A stretch of DNA of 64,000 bases from Myxococcota bacterium (GTDB taxonomy: Bacteria > Myxococcota_A > UBA796 > JAJRTE01 > JBJTQF01). Positions 38,474 to 48,810 of this stretch are shown piece by piece (positions within the stretch are counted from its first letter, which is position 1; every line of letters begins with the position of its first letter). The stretch is taken from contig JBJTQF010000371.1 in assembly GCA_046075485.1 (NCBI GenBank), positions 29,217 to 93,216 on the forward strand, read 5' to 3'. A program made the translations under genes and the position numbers. The notes beneath the pieces were generated by a model. That model had not been told where the DNA came from and made no database searches. It was given only the letters and a program-made list of their open reading frames with translations.

Positions 38474-40615
38474 TCACGGTGCCAGCGGCTTGAGGGTCAC
38501 TTTCAACTGGAAGGTGGAAGCGGCGGTGGCATTCACTTCTTCTACATAGGTCTCGTATCCATCGAGCAGCACTTCCACACGATGTTTACCGGGTGGGAGC
38601 ACATATCCCTTCAGCGGCAGCCGCGCGGTCACAACCCGCCCATCGATGCGCACTTCTACCCCTTTGCTCGGGCTCACTTCGAGGTTAAGCTGGGCAGAGC
38701 GAGTTAAGGTCACCTGCATCCGCGTCTCATTGTCAGGCGAGGTAAAGATCTCCTGCTTAAAGGGCTCATAACCCTGCCGATAGATCTCGATCAGATGTTT
38801 ACCCGAGGGCACCGTCAATCCAGTGACCTTTCCGTCCGGGTAGATGATGCCGTTTAAATACAGCTCTAGCTTGTCGTCCGGCTGCACTTCAAGCGTCAAG
38901 AGGCTGGGAGGACCACTCGGAGCCTTAAAGGTCGGCTCGGCTGGAGCCTGGGGCACTTGCTCCGCTGGCTCACCCGCAGCCTGAGCCACCGTCGGGGTGG
39001 AGGCCACCGGCTCGGTGGAGACGGTATTCCGACCCGGCATGAGCTGGATCACCCCGTACACCACCACAGACAACAAAATCAGCAGCCCCAACATCACCGG
39101 GGCACGGCGGAAGAAGGGCTTTTCCGGCTCAACAGGCGAAGGCGAAGGCGAAGGCACTGCTGCTGCCAGCGGCTCCGGAACCAGCGACGGCGGCTCGGAT
39201 GGCACTTCTGCCCCAATCGGTGCAACCCCACTGGTATGGGCGGAAGGACTCGCCACCCCCGAAGGTGCAACCCCCGGCTCCGAAGTGCGCGGTGAAGGCG
39301 ACACCACCACGCCCGGCTGGGTCGAGCGTGGAGAGGAGGCTTGGACCACACTCCCCGGCTGGGTCGAACGCGGTGAGCTGGCGGGCGCAGTCGCTCCCGG
39401 TTGGGTCGAACGAGGAGATGTCACCACAGGCTCGCCGGGGCCTGCTCCGGCTGCGGCTGCACGCTCGGCCCCTTCATTGCCCGCCGGTGGAGGAGACAGC
39501 TCACCTCGGGCCACAAGCCCCTGAGAGAAACGCTCTACTTCTTGCCCACCATTCTCATTGGTGTAAGAGTTGGGATCTGGCAAGCTGACCGGATCGTCTC
39601 GACGAAGGCCACGGCTCAGGTACGTTTCAAATGCATTGCGCTCCGTCTTGCCGCTGGAAGGCAGCGGTGGCGCCTCAAAAGCCCTCGACCATGCCTTGTT
39701 GGGGAGCTGAATCTCGTCGTCACTTCGCACCATACGCAGGTGGGTTGGGCGAGGCTGACGCAGCTCATCGGTCTCGTCGGCACCTTCGGGCCAATCCCAT
39801 TCCCGGAGACGGCGAGAGGATCCTCCTTCAATGGTCTCCAACGAAACCGGACGAGGCCCCACACGGCTCAGGAGGGAAGGCAACAATCCAGACGCAAGCG
39901 GAGACTGATATTTTTCGACCAGATGGCGGGCTAAGTCAATGGCACGGTTGAACTCTTTGCTGGCGATGAGGTTCTCCAGCTCCCGCTCTCGCTCTTGCTG
40001 GATCACTTTTTCGGAGGCTTCACGGAGGCCGGTCAGGGTACGTCCCAGACGCTCAAAGGCTGCATAACTGCTCAGGCCAGAACGGAAGAGCTCAAGGGCT
40101 CGCTCGATGGCCACCACCACGGTGTGAGCGGCAGCTCCCGGAGGCATGGCGCTGATACGCTGCTCCAGTCGAACCAGAAAGGACTCGTGGAAGGCATGAC
40201 TGCGGGGCACCAAGGGCCCCAAAAAATGATAGAGTCGCACCAACGAAGCAGCGGAGCCCTTACCATCTGGGGCTTGCACGAGCCGCTCTTGGGCCAGCTC
40301 CAGGGCTTGAGCGATGGCCCAGCCGCCTTCAGCTTGCAGCCACTTGAGATAATAGGCGGCCCACTCAAAGTTATTGTCTTCAATTGACCACGCAAACTGT
40401 TGGAGCCATTCGCCAGCACCACCCTCCGGGCGCAAATCCATCGCGGGAGGCACTGCCGCTGCACGGGCCCGCGCTGCGGTACGCGCACCATGCTCTTCTG
40501 CACCGGGGGTCGTGCCAGACTCCCCTTTTGGACTTCCAATACCGGACATGAATTCTCCGCCCTGCGCTCCGCGATGTTCAAGATATGCTTGGACTGTTCC
40601 GCTCTGCTGCGCCAT
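38474..40615 (-). CDS. Single-pass membrane protein with two C-terminal PEGA domains
   Basis: TM segment VMLGLLILLSVVVYGVI; two modules of the form G.H.IE/VE...GYE; SPRSTQPG repeats in the linker. Confidence 0.8.
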   Translation of the reverse strand: MAQQSGTVQAYLEHRGAQGGEFMSGIGSPKGESGTTPGAEEHGARTAARARAAAVPPAMDLRPEGGAGEWLQQFAWSIEDNNFEWAAYYLKWLQAEGGWAIAQALELAQERLVQAPDGKGSAASLVRLYHFLGPLVPRSHAFHESFLVRLEQRISAMPPGAAAHTVVVAIERALELFRSGLSSYAAFERLGRTLTGLREASEKVIQQERERELENLIASKEFNRAIDLARHLVEKYQSPLASGLLPSLLSRVGPRPVSLETIEGGSSRRLREWDWPEGADETDELRQPRPTHLRMVRSDDEIQLPNKAWSRAFEAPPLPSSGKTERNAFETYLSRGLRRDDPVSLPDPNSYTNENGGQEVERFSQGLVARGELSPPPAGNEGAERAAAAGAGPGEPVVTSPRSTQPGATAPASSPRSTQPGSVVQASSPRSTQPGVVVSPSPRTSEPGVAPSGVASPSAHTSGVAPIGAEVPSEPPSLVPEPLAAAVPSPSPSPVEPEKPFFRRAPVMLGLLILLSVVVYGVIQLMPGRNTVSTEPVASTPTVAQAAGEPAEQVPQAPAEPTFKAPSGPPSLLTLEVQPDDKLELYLNGIIYPDGKVTGLTVPSGKHLIEIYRQGYEPFKQEIFTSPDNETRMQVTLTRSAQLNLEVSPSKGVEVRIDGRVVTARLPLKGYVLPPGKHRVEVLLDGYETYVEEVNATAASTFQLKVTLKPLAP

Positions 40616-40686
40616 CCCCGTTTAAGATACGCTTCAACGCGCTTATGGTAGCACGGTCTTTTCTGCTTCGCAATGGATGGAATCTC

Positions 40687-42171
40687 TTACCTCTGCGGCT
40701 GTTGTTCAGAAGTTTTCAGGGGCATATTCCGATAGAGCCGGTAACCGTCCGCACTTCCCACGCGCTGCCAGTCCTCTCGCTGCTCCATCCGCTGACGCCA
40801 ATGCTCATGGGTCTCATCCAACAGTAAATACGTAACCTGATCCAGCCCCGGTGTCACCCGCCCATCTTCCTGCACCGTACTCTGCTCCAAAAAGCTGGCT
40901 TGATAGGCGTACTGTACGGGCCGCCCACTCAAACGCGCCATCCACACATAATCACTGGCCACCGGCGCATCCGGAGGAATCTGCGCCAGCAGGGTCTCCA
41001 CCCCTCGCGCGCGTGAGACCCGCAGGAGCTGCTCATCCGCGCTGTCGAGCTGTCCCAAAGGCTCTCTCAGCGCGACCTCGGCGGAAGGAAGCTGCATCAG
41101 CACCCCCAGCAGCAGCAGGCTCTCCGGCCCCCAGCGCATCCAGGCAGGCCCCCGCGAGAGCCAGCCATGCAAGCGGCTTACCCCCTCCAGGCTGCATAAG
41201 GCCACCAGCGGAAACAGCAAGGCCAGATGATGCACATAGGGTCCGCGCCAGTGCCACCACTCATAACCACTCACAAAGAGCTGATAGGCCAACAAAGGCA
41301 ATTGCATCAGCCAGCTCATCGGGGCCAACAGCGCGCCCCACTGCCCCGACGGAAAATACGTGCTCAGATGCTCGAGCTTCCGGGTGAAGGGCACCCCGCT
41401 CTCCGGCTGAGAGAGCGCCTGGCTCCACAGCTCCCAGGGCCGCAAGAACGGGATATAGAAGGAAACACGCGGTCTTAGGGCTGCACTCACCACAAAAAAT
41501 ATCACACAGACGGCCAACACTTCCAAAACCCGTCGCCGAGAGACTCGCCCCAGAAGCCCTTGTACCACGGTGAGACTCGCCACCAGGATCGGCAACTCCT
41601 CTCGCACCGCACAGGCCAACAATACCAGGAGCAAACACACCGGACGCGATGCCGCCTCCAGCGACCAGGCGACACCCAGCAACAGCGGAATTCCCAGCAG
41701 CAGCGGGTTCAGATCGGCCAAGCCCAGACGCAAAAGGGGTGGGGCACTCCAAAAGCTCAGGGCCAATAACCCCACGGCCCACGGCGACAACCCCCGACGA
41801 AGCCCCAAGGCCATCAAGGGCACCACACTCAGCGCCAACATCCACACCTGAAAGGCCACCAAGGTGGAGAGTTCCGGCCATGCACGATAAATCGGCACGT
41901 AGGCAGGCAAGAGGAAAAAAGCATGGGAGAGCTCGAGCAGCCCGTCCAGCTCGTGGGTGCTGGCGGTCTGCACAAACCCGTCTCCCCGGCTGGCATGAAA
42001 GATCAGGTTGTGGAAAAACGCGACGTCAAACGCCCAATCACTCAGGCCCAACTTCAGACGCTCTAAGGCACGGGGCATCAACAGCAGGGCGTATAATACG
42101 GAGCATACACCCCCCAAGGCCAACATCCACCCTCCAGGCTGAGCACGGGATGGTTCGGCGGTGTTCTTCAT
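40687..42171 (-). CDS. DUF2079-like membrane protein (putative GT-C fold)
   Basis: FDVAFF, H...L.....P.Y, L...Q and VREE motifs; C-terminal IPPDAPVAS; many TM helices; ATGA overlap with the upstream gene. Confidence 0.7.
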   Translation of the reverse strand: MKNTAEPSRAQPGGWMLALGGVCSVLYALLLMPRALERLKLGLSDWAFDVAFFHNLIFHASRGDGFVQTASTHELDGLLELSHAFFLLPAYVPIYRAWPELSTLVAFQVWMLALSVVPLMALGLRRGLSPWAVGLLALSFWSAPPLLRLGLADLNPLLLGIPLLLGVAWSLEAASRPVCLLLVLLACAVREELPILVASLTVVQGLLGRVSRRRVLEVLAVCVIFFVVSAALRPRVSFYIPFLRPWELWSQALSQPESGVPFTRKLEHLSTYFPSGQWGALLAPMSWLMQLPLLAYQLFVSGYEWWHWRGPYVHHLALLFPLVALCSLEGVSRLHGWLSRGPAWMRWGPESLLLLGVLMQLPSAEVALREPLGQLDSADEQLLRVSRARGVETLLAQIPPDAPVASDYVWMARLSGRPVQYAYQASFLEQSTVQEDGRVTPGLDQVTYLLLDETHEHWRQRMEQREDWQRVGSADGYRLYRNMPLKTSEQQPQR

Positions 42172-42974
42172 GGCGCTTCCGCCTTCTGCTGAGGGAGAGG
42201 AGCCGAGGAGGGCTCGTCCAGACAGCAGCGGAAGCCATCGTCGTTGCTCGTCGGCCCAAAACGGGGATGGAAATGGCGCGCATGACAGCCTGTTCCATAG
42301 ATGGCCACCCACATGGTGCCCCCCCGAATGGTGGCCGCTTCGTCCAGCAACAGATGCTCCGTAGGCAGATCCGGTGGAGGCGGTGGGGTGGCAAACTCCG
42401 GCCCCAGACCTTCGATCACCCACTCGGAGAGGTTCCCATCCAGATCAAAGATGCCTTCGGGGGTCACGCAGTCCACAAAGGCGCCCGAGGTGGCCAACCA
42501 CTGGGGCTCTCCCACCATCACCTCCACCTCTGCATTACAACGTCCAGGCTGATAGGTGTCGGCATACGGATGCGCCCAGCCATCCAGACCTCCACAGGCA
42601 CGCTCAAACTCCTGCTCGGTGCAAAGCCGACGGCCTCGAGCCGCGCACAGGCGCTCGGCATCCAAAAAGGTCACCAGGTTGAGGGGCTTTTCACCCGCAC
42701 GGTTCGGATATTCATAACGATCCATACAGAAGGATGCGACGTCGAGAAAGGCAGGCTGACGCGGCACAAAACCCAGACGCTCACCCATCGGGGCCACGTC
42801 GGTCTCCAGGGGACTCGCGCCGGAAAAATACGCGCCCCCCGAGACAAATGCCATGTCAGGCGGACACGGAGAGGATTGAGGCTCCGGAGCACGACAGCTC
42901 ACCAAGAGCAGGAGCAAGCCGAGGCTCCGCACCAAGCGGGCAGATGTTGGCAATTGACGGCGGCGCTGCGGCAT
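42168..42974 (-). CDS. FGE-sulfatase (SUMF1-like) domain lipoprotein
   Basis: LVSC lipobox; CPPDM, FCMDRYE, RRLCTE.E.ERAC, DL.GNLSEWV, RGG and GFRCC motifs. Confidence 0.88.
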   Translation of the reverse strand: MPQRRRQLPTSARLVRSLGLLLLLVSCRAPEPQSSPCPPDMAFVSGGAYFSGASPLETDVAPMGERLGFVPRQPAFLDVASFCMDRYEYPNRAGEKPLNLVTFLDAERLCAARGRRLCTEQEFERACGGLDGWAHPYADTYQPGRCNAEVEVMVGEPQWLATSGAFVDCVTPEGIFDLDGNLSEWVIEGLGPEFATPPPPPDLPTEHLLLDEAATIRGGTMWVAIYGTGCHARHFHPRFGPTSNDDGFRCCLDEPSSAPLPQQKAEAP

Positions 42975-43079
42975 CCCGACTCTTCCCTGTGCTGAAAACG
43001 CTAAGGGCCCCATTGTATCGGGAGATGTCAGGACTCGTAAAGCTGGATCCGTGAGGATAGACGACCACGGTCATGTGAT

Positions 43080-44834
43080 TTACGGAGCTGGGCAAGCAGC
43101 AAACCAGCTCGGGAGCTGGGCAGTGTCGTGCTCCAGGTTTAAGGCCGAGAGATAATCGTTGGCTCCTCCCACTCTCACCGGAAATGGCAGGGGCGAGGCC
43201 GCACACAACGACGCGGCGAACTGTCGCACCGCTTCGGCGTGCTCATAGACCAGCAGATGACAGGCTTCTTCAGGATATTGCGCCAGCACTCGACAACCAG
43301 GAAGTTCACAGAGACTCAGGGCTTGCGCCAGTCCTTCCGGCTTGCCAAACACCAAGAGATATACGGGGACGTGCTCTAGCTGCTCCGCACTCAGGCGCAA
43401 GGCCCCCTCAGACACGCCGGTCAGACGCTGCTCGAGCATCAGCCCTCCCGGTGAACCACGCAGCTCGTTGCTCAGATAGAGATGGTTCATCACACGGCCA
43501 CGCGGGCCCGCATCCGCCTGGATGCGCGCCGCCACGCGCGTATGAAAGGCCAAAGCATCCGCTCCACTGGCCGGAGGGGGATAACGATGAGTCCAGAGCT
43601 GCCACGCGACGCCCAGCGAGAGCAGCAGGATCGTGAGCGCCCCTCCCCCTCGCAGCCGAAAATGCATGCGGCTCAAGGCGTCGATGAAGTATCCCGCCCA
43701 GATCCCCCACAGGACCGCGTAGGCCGGATACAAAAGGCGCGCATGATAAGGCTGAAGATACTCCACCTGAGAGGCCAGCAGCACCAGCGAGAGCGGAAGT
43801 AAACTCACCCAGCTCACCCAGAGCACCCACTTTTGCCAATTTTCTTGCTTTACAGGATCATGAAGCCCCAGCTTCAGCAGGGGCAGGCTCAGCCATCCCC
43901 AAAGTGGGGTCACCAGCAGCAGTCCGTGGGCCCAGGGCTCTCGCGAGAGCAGCTCTTCTTGGGCCACTTTCCACAACGCAGCCCATAAGGAGGGATAACG
44001 TCCGGGAGAGTGGGCGATCTGCCAAAAATGCTCAGAAAACGCCTCGGGGCCCCGCAATAGGGGAGCAAGATGTTTGATCAGATGGGGCAATGCAATCAAG
44101 ACCGCCACGCTGAAGGCAGGCAGGAACGGGCGAAGTCCTCGGTGCCTGATTTCCCATGCCATAAATGGCAATAGAGCCAGGGTATAGATCGAAGCAAACG
44201 GATGGATCATGGCCAGGATCGGCAAAAATGGCAGGATGAGCCACGGGACCAGTCGAGACGGGCCCCCATACAGCGCCAGCAACATCCCCAAGATGGGAAA
44301 GGCGGCATATACCGGGGCGTCAAAGGTCTGATATCCGGTCAGGAGGGTATCGGCCAACCCCGGGCTCAGGGCCAAAAAGATCCCCGTCAGCCCCGCCGGT
44401 ATCAAAGCCAGCCCCGGCGCTTGAGGCAGTATCCGACGCAGGCTCCACCAAACACCTCCCGCGAGCATGGGGGCAAGACAGGCGTGGAAGGCAAATCGTA
44501 GGGCAAAGGCTTCTCTCAGGGAATCGGCCAAGAGCAGATAAGGCAAGTAGATCCACGCAAAGATATAACCGGACTCGGGAAACGGGCCTTGCGGGAGAAA
44601 TCGCCGCCCAGTCTCCACCATGAGGGCCTTCAGGTAGGGGCTGATGGAGTCGGCATTGACGACCGCCGAGTCCAACATCTGCAAACGCACAAAAAGACCG
44701 AGACCAAACAAGCTCAGGAGAAGCACGGCCAAACCCAACCAGCCGCTTCTGGAGACCGGCTCAGGCTGGGCAGAGGATGCTGTGCTGGTGGTGGGCCGCT
44801 CCGCGCTCCCCTGCCCTTCGGCCTGCTCCCGCAT
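43080..44834 (-). CDS. Polytopic membrane protein, possibly a GT-C glycosyltransferase
   Basis: About 11-13 hydrophobic segments; R....NAD motif after TM1; soluble C-terminal domain. Confidence 0.55.
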   Translation of the reverse strand: MREQAEGQGSAERPTTSTASSAQPEPVSRSGWLGLAVLLLSLFGLGLFVRLQMLDSAVVNADSISPYLKALMVETGRRFLPQGPFPESGYIFAWIYLPYLLLADSLREAFALRFAFHACLAPMLAGGVWWSLRRILPQAPGLALIPAGLTGIFLALSPGLADTLLTGYQTFDAPVYAAFPILGMLLALYGGPSRLVPWLILPFLPILAMIHPFASIYTLALLPFMAWEIRHRGLRPFLPAFSVAVLIALPHLIKHLAPLLRGPEAFSEHFWQIAHSPGRYPSLWAALWKVAQEELLSREPWAHGLLLVTPLWGWLSLPLLKLGLHDPVKQENWQKWVLWVSWVSLLPLSLVLLASQVEYLQPYHARLLYPAYAVLWGIWAGYFIDALSRMHFRLRGGGALTILLLSLGVAWQLWTHRYPPPASGADALAFHTRVAARIQADAGPRGRVMNHLYLSNELRGSPGGLMLEQRLTGVSEGALRLSAEQLEHVPVYLLVFGKPEGLAQALSLCELPGCRVLAQYPEEACHLLVYEHAEAVRQFAASLCAASPLPFPVRVGGANDYLSALNLEHDTAQLPSWFAACPAP

Positions 44835-44842
44835 GGTGTCCC

Positions 44843-45886
44843 TTATTTTTTGACTTGGCTGATATACTCTTTGTGAAGCCGCTGGACTTCATCCAACATA
44901 TCGGCGCTCATCACGGTGCCTCGGATATGAGGCACAAAACTATCGGCAAAGGCTTTCCACTCCGCTTTGTTGGAAACGGGGATCACCTTCAGTCCCGACT
45001 TTTTCATGACCTCGATGGCGTCTCGGTCGAGGGTCCGCACCTGCTTTTTCAGCTCCTCGGTGGCCTTCTTTGCAGCGGCTTGGATCTTCGGCTGAAGCTC
45101 CGCCGGGATCTGATCCCAAGTCTTCTTGCTGATGATGGTGGCGCCCACCATCGGGGACCAAGGCACATCCACCATATTTTTGGCCAAACCAAACCACTGG
45201 AGAGACAAGGCCGCCAAAGGCGTCGAGGGAAAGGACTCAATCATGCCCGTCTGAAGGGACATCAAGACGTCGGTGGCATCCACCGTCACCGGCTTCAGTC
45301 CCAGCTTCACGAAGGCTGCGGTGGCTTCGGGATCGCCGGACCACGCATACATCTTACTCCGCTTAAGCTCATCGACGGTGCTCAAGGGTGTCTTGGTAAA
45401 GAAGTGAACCCAGCCGACATCACCCCACCCCATCACTTTGAAGCCCTTGTCTTCAATGCGCTTTTCTAAGGTCGGCCCCAGCTTGCTCAGGACAAAATCA
45501 TACTCTTCGTAGCTGGAGATGGTCATCGGGGCTTGGAGGGCCATCGAGCCTCGGTCAATGTCGATCAAGCCGGTGGAGGTAAAGCTGGCGGCGTGAAGCT
45601 GGCCAATGCGCATTTTTTTGAGCATCTGGCCTTCGTTGCCGCTCACGCCTCCCGGATAGAGCTTCAGCTTGACCCTGCCGGCGGAGAGCTTTTCCCACTC
45701 TTCGCCCATGCTGCGCAACACTTTGTACCACGGGCTGCCTTCGGGCGCGAGGGTGCCCATCTTGACCACAATGGGGGCACTCTGAGCTTTTAACGCCGCT
45801 GGACCTAGCGCCATCATGCCCAGGGTCAAGGCGGCACCCGCCAAAACGCTGCGACGCGGCAGCTTTTCTGAAATTTTCTCACTCAC
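44843..45886 (-). CDS. TRAP transporter substrate-binding protein DctP (TatP-type)
   Basis: MGTLAPEGSPW, YPGGV.G.E..M..KMRIGQL and SLQTGMI motifs; twin-Arg-like signal PRRSVL. Confidence 0.9.
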   Translation of the reverse strand: MSEKISEKLPRRSVLAGAALTLGMMALGPAALKAQSAPIVVKMGTLAPEGSPWYKVLRSMGEEWEKLSAGRVKLKLYPGGVSGNEGQMLKKMRIGQLHAASFTSTGLIDIDRGSMALQAPMTISSYEEYDFVLSKLGPTLEKRIEDKGFKVMGWGDVGWVHFFTKTPLSTVDELKRSKMYAWSGDPEATAAFVKLGLKPVTVDATDVLMSLQTGMIESFPSTPLAALSLQWFGLAKNMVDVPWSPMVGATIISKKTWDQIPAELQPKIQAAAKKATEELKKQVRTLDRDAIEVMKKSGLKVIPVSNKAEWKAFADSFVPHIRGTVMSADMLDEVQRLHKEYISQVKK

Positions 45887-45937
45887 GGCTCATTCCCTCA
45901 ATCTATGTTTGCCTCGCCGTCCTCGAGCAACGACCGC

Positions 45938-46795
45938 TCAGGGTGTCGGCGCGGAGGCAGGATCTGCTTCTTCCATTAGGACGTCGTCTTCGAAAAGTTC
46001 TTCAACGTGGCGCAACAGGTAGCGGGCTTTCTTCTGGGCCAGCTTGTTGGCCAGCCGCCCTTCGTCTTGAGCCTTGGGATCGATGGCCAGGGCCCGCGCG
46101 AGGGCGGCTTCAAAAGCCTTTCGGTCCTGCTGCTTGACGGCGATGGCAGTTGCATATCCCACAAAAACCGAGGCACGCTTGCCGCCGGAGAGGCTCAGGG
46201 CTCGCTCATAGTTGGCCAGGGCACGGTTGAGTCCTCCTCCCAACACCTCAGGACGCGACATATTCAGGGCCATGAAGATCTCTTGCAGGCCACCGCTGTC
46301 ATAGTCAGGCTCCAGGGCTAAGACCCGCTCGAGCAAGGCGGTCGCCTGGGGAAACTCCGCCAGCAGCTCGGCTTTGTCGATGGAGATGGAGATGGCCGCC
46401 ATCCAGGCTGCTCCGGTCCAGAAGGTTAAGTCGAGCTCCTCCTTATCGAGCTGGAGCACCGCTTGAGCCGGATCGTTCTGAAGGGCGGCTCGAAACCCCG
46501 GATGCTGCTTTTCCAGAGCCTTGAGGCCAATGTTGCGGGCTTTGAGATACCCTCGCCGGGCCTTATCCTGGTATCGCAGGTGCTTGTCGTAGTCCTCAAA
46601 CTTCGTCAGCTCACTCTTCAGATCAGAGCGGGCGTAGGTGAGCTGAGTCACGGTGGCAGTGCGTTTGGGAGCAGCGCAAGCCATCATCAACAGGGCCAGC
46701 ACCAGCAGCAGGCTCTGAAGCCAGACACGCGGCAGTCGCAAGGCAAGCTGAGGGCGGATGAGTCGGGATGTCGTGGTCATGACATGATGCGACAT
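45938..46795 (-). CDS. TRAP transporter TatT component (TPR lipoprotein)
   Basis: MMAC lipobox; FWTG.AW, LEPDY..G, RP..LGG, F...L..AL and N.LAQ.KA..LL motifs; adjacent to dctP. Confidence 0.8.
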   Translation of the reverse strand: MSHHVMTTTSRLIRPQLALRLPRVWLQSLLLVLALLMMACAAPKRTATVTQLTYARSDLKSELTKFEDYDKHLRYQDKARRGYLKARNIGLKALEKQHPGFRAALQNDPAQAVLQLDKEELDLTFWTGAAWMAAISISIDKAELLAEFPQATALLERVLALEPDYDSGGLQEIFMALNMSRPEVLGGGLNRALANYERALSLSGGKRASVFVGYATAIAVKQQDRKAFEAALARALAIDPKAQDEGRLANKLAQKKARYLLRHVEELFEDDVLMEEADPASAPTP

Positions 46796-46861
46796 AGGTT
46801 CTCCGATTTGGCAGAGGCGGGCAAAAGGCTCTGCTCAAGGATAAACGCCAGGCACGGCTTT

Positions 46862-48739
46862 TCAAGCGGAGGTCTCATCATGTGAGACGGCGGTTTCGTG
46901 AACACCTTGAGCACGGGCCTCTTGAGCGAGCGCACTGTGAAAGAGGGCCTCAAGCTCAGGGCTCGGGCGGACTTGGATGGGATCAGCCTCCAGCTCAGCC
47001 GGATTTTCACGTTGCTCCACGCCTTGTTTCTCCAGATGACGCTGCACCCGTGCGATGGCGCCCGAGGTGGTCTTACAGTCGGGCTCAAAGGCTTGGGCCA
47101 CCAAATAATACTCAAGGGCCTGCTGCTCTTGATCCTTCATCTCGTAACAGGCGGCCATATAATAATAAGTGTTGCTGTCTTCGGCATTCACGCGCTGAAT
47201 GGCTTCTTCAAAGATCGCGATGGCTTCGTCGTACAGGCTGAGGCCATAATACAACTTTCCAATCCAATATAAGGAGCGATAGTGTTGCTGTCGAATGGGA
47301 TAGATGCGCTCACGGATGTGCACGAGGAGGGTTAAGAGCTGCTCCCGTTGTTTTGCATCTATCTCCCGTACTTGATCGTACAGTCGAGGGGCACAGCTCT
47401 CAAGGCTCATCGGATCAAAAGTGGAGAGGCGAAGGGCCGCCAAGAGTCCGCGCACGATGTCTTCACTGCTGGTCATTTCACGCAAGAGGGCATGGAGATG
47501 AAACAGATCGCTCATGTGATTGTGCTGGATCATACGATCTCGAAAGGTGGCGCGGGTCAGCTCCAAGCTGAGAGGCTGGCTGGAGAGGGCAAAGAGCCCA
47601 CCCGATAACACCAAGTGCGGATCGCTGGTCAGCAGGCTCATGCCACCCTGCTGCTCAAAAAAACGCCGGATGGCATCGTAGTTGACCATAAAGGAAAAGG
47701 AACCATGCACTGCAAAGCTGTGTTTCGCATATCCATGCTGATAACTCGCGTGGGTAAAACCTTTGTCCGAAGTTAAGAGGGTCAGACGAGCTCGACTCAG
47801 GAGCTGAAGGTTGCGCAGACACTTTAAAGCACCGAGGGGAAACAATAGGCTCTGAATCGGCGCTTCAGGCACATAAGATTGCAAGATCTGATCAAAGAGC
47901 GGGTCGTCTCCGGTGGCGGCTGTCAAGGGCGCATAGTCTTCACGCACTTTGAGCTGCTCAAACTCGACCGGTATGCTGGGTGGGACACCTTTTAAATACC
48001 GATACAGTGTCACGCGCCCCTGAAGGAGCTGACCCTGCTCCACTCGATAGATGTCTTGGCGTAGGCTGTCAAAAAAATAATTGGCAAACACCAGCATGGG
48101 ATTCACAAGGGTCTCACGCGAGACCACTTCGCCACTCACCCGCAGGATAAAGGCCCGCTCGTCTTCAGGGCGATAGACCGCAAAATCCAGCAGCCCCGAA
48201 GAGACAAAAGGCTCCAGCTCCTGCCGACGCCGCCAGGTGCGGACGTTCGAGTCCGCAAAATCGGTCATGATATAACGCAGCTTGAGCTTCCGAAGCGAAG
48301 GGAAATCCACCAGCTTCTCTTCGAGGGCCTTCAACACATAAAACGAAAAACAACCAGTCCCTGCGGCGAGCTCCACGATATAAACCGGCTGGCTCGGATC
48401 GAGCTGGACTCGGACATCCAACAGCCACGCAATCGCCACCGCTGCATATTGATCTCCAATAAAGGCGTTGCTGGTCGGATAAAATGGGACCGCATCCCAA
48501 GCGGATATGCCCTGCTGCTGGTAATACTCCTCCTGGAGCTTCCACAGCATACAACGGGAAAGCAGCTCGCCACGCTCGAGGATCTGCGTCTGCTGCGGCT
48601 CGTCAGACGAAGGGGTGTGACGCACCGGGATGTCTGGAAAACTCAGGGTATCCACTTCCTCTTCAGGAAGCTGATCGGGGGATGCGGGGAAGAACTCCAT
48701 GCAGTCTGCTCCAAAAGGTCTCAAAAGAGATCGACTCAA
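46862..48739 (-). CDS. MidA/NDUFAF7-like SAM-dependent methyltransferase with C-terminal TPRs
   Basis: IVELAAGTG (motif I), MTD, ANYFFDSL and DKG motifs; TPRs at the C-terminus; start uncertain. Confidence 0.7.
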   Translation of the reverse strand: MSRSLLRPFGADCMEFFPASPDQLPEEEVDTLSFPDIPVRHTPSSDEPQQTQILERGELLSRCMLWKLQEEYYQQQGISAWDAVPFYPTSNAFIGDQYAAVAIAWLLDVRVQLDPSQPVYIVELAAGTGCFSFYVLKALEEKLVDFPSLRKLKLRYIMTDFADSNVRTWRRRQELEPFVSSGLLDFAVYRPEDERAFILRVSGEVVSRETLVNPMLVFANYFFDSLRQDIYRVEQGQLLQGRVTLYRYLKGVPPSIPVEFEQLKVREDYAPLTAATGDDPLFDQILQSYVPEAPIQSLLFPLGALKCLRNLQLLSRARLTLLTSDKGFTHASYQHGYAKHSFAVHGSFSFMVNYDAIRRFFEQQGGMSLLTSDPHLVLSGGLFALSSQPLSLELTRATFRDRMIQHNHMSDLFHLHALLREMTSSEDIVRGLLAALRLSTFDPMSLESCAPRLYDQVREIDAKQREQLLTLLVHIRERIYPIRQQHYRSLYWIGKLYYGLSLYDEAIAIFEEAIQRVNAEDSNTYYYMAACYEMKDQEQQALEYYLVAQAFEPDCKTTSGAIARVQRHLEKQGVEQRENPAELEADPIQVRPSPELEALFHSALAQEARAQGVHETAVSHDETSA

Positions 48740-48810
48740 GACGGATGGGAGGGTTCATAGCATGAAGTTGGGTGAGGCGACAAGGGGGAAGCGGCCATAA
48801 CGTCAGCAGG

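Noticed and set aside
38091-38549. Small His/Ala/Cys/Val-rich ORFs over the RY tract (also 34050-34581)
   Set aside because: They are translations of low-complexity microsatellite DNA on both strands
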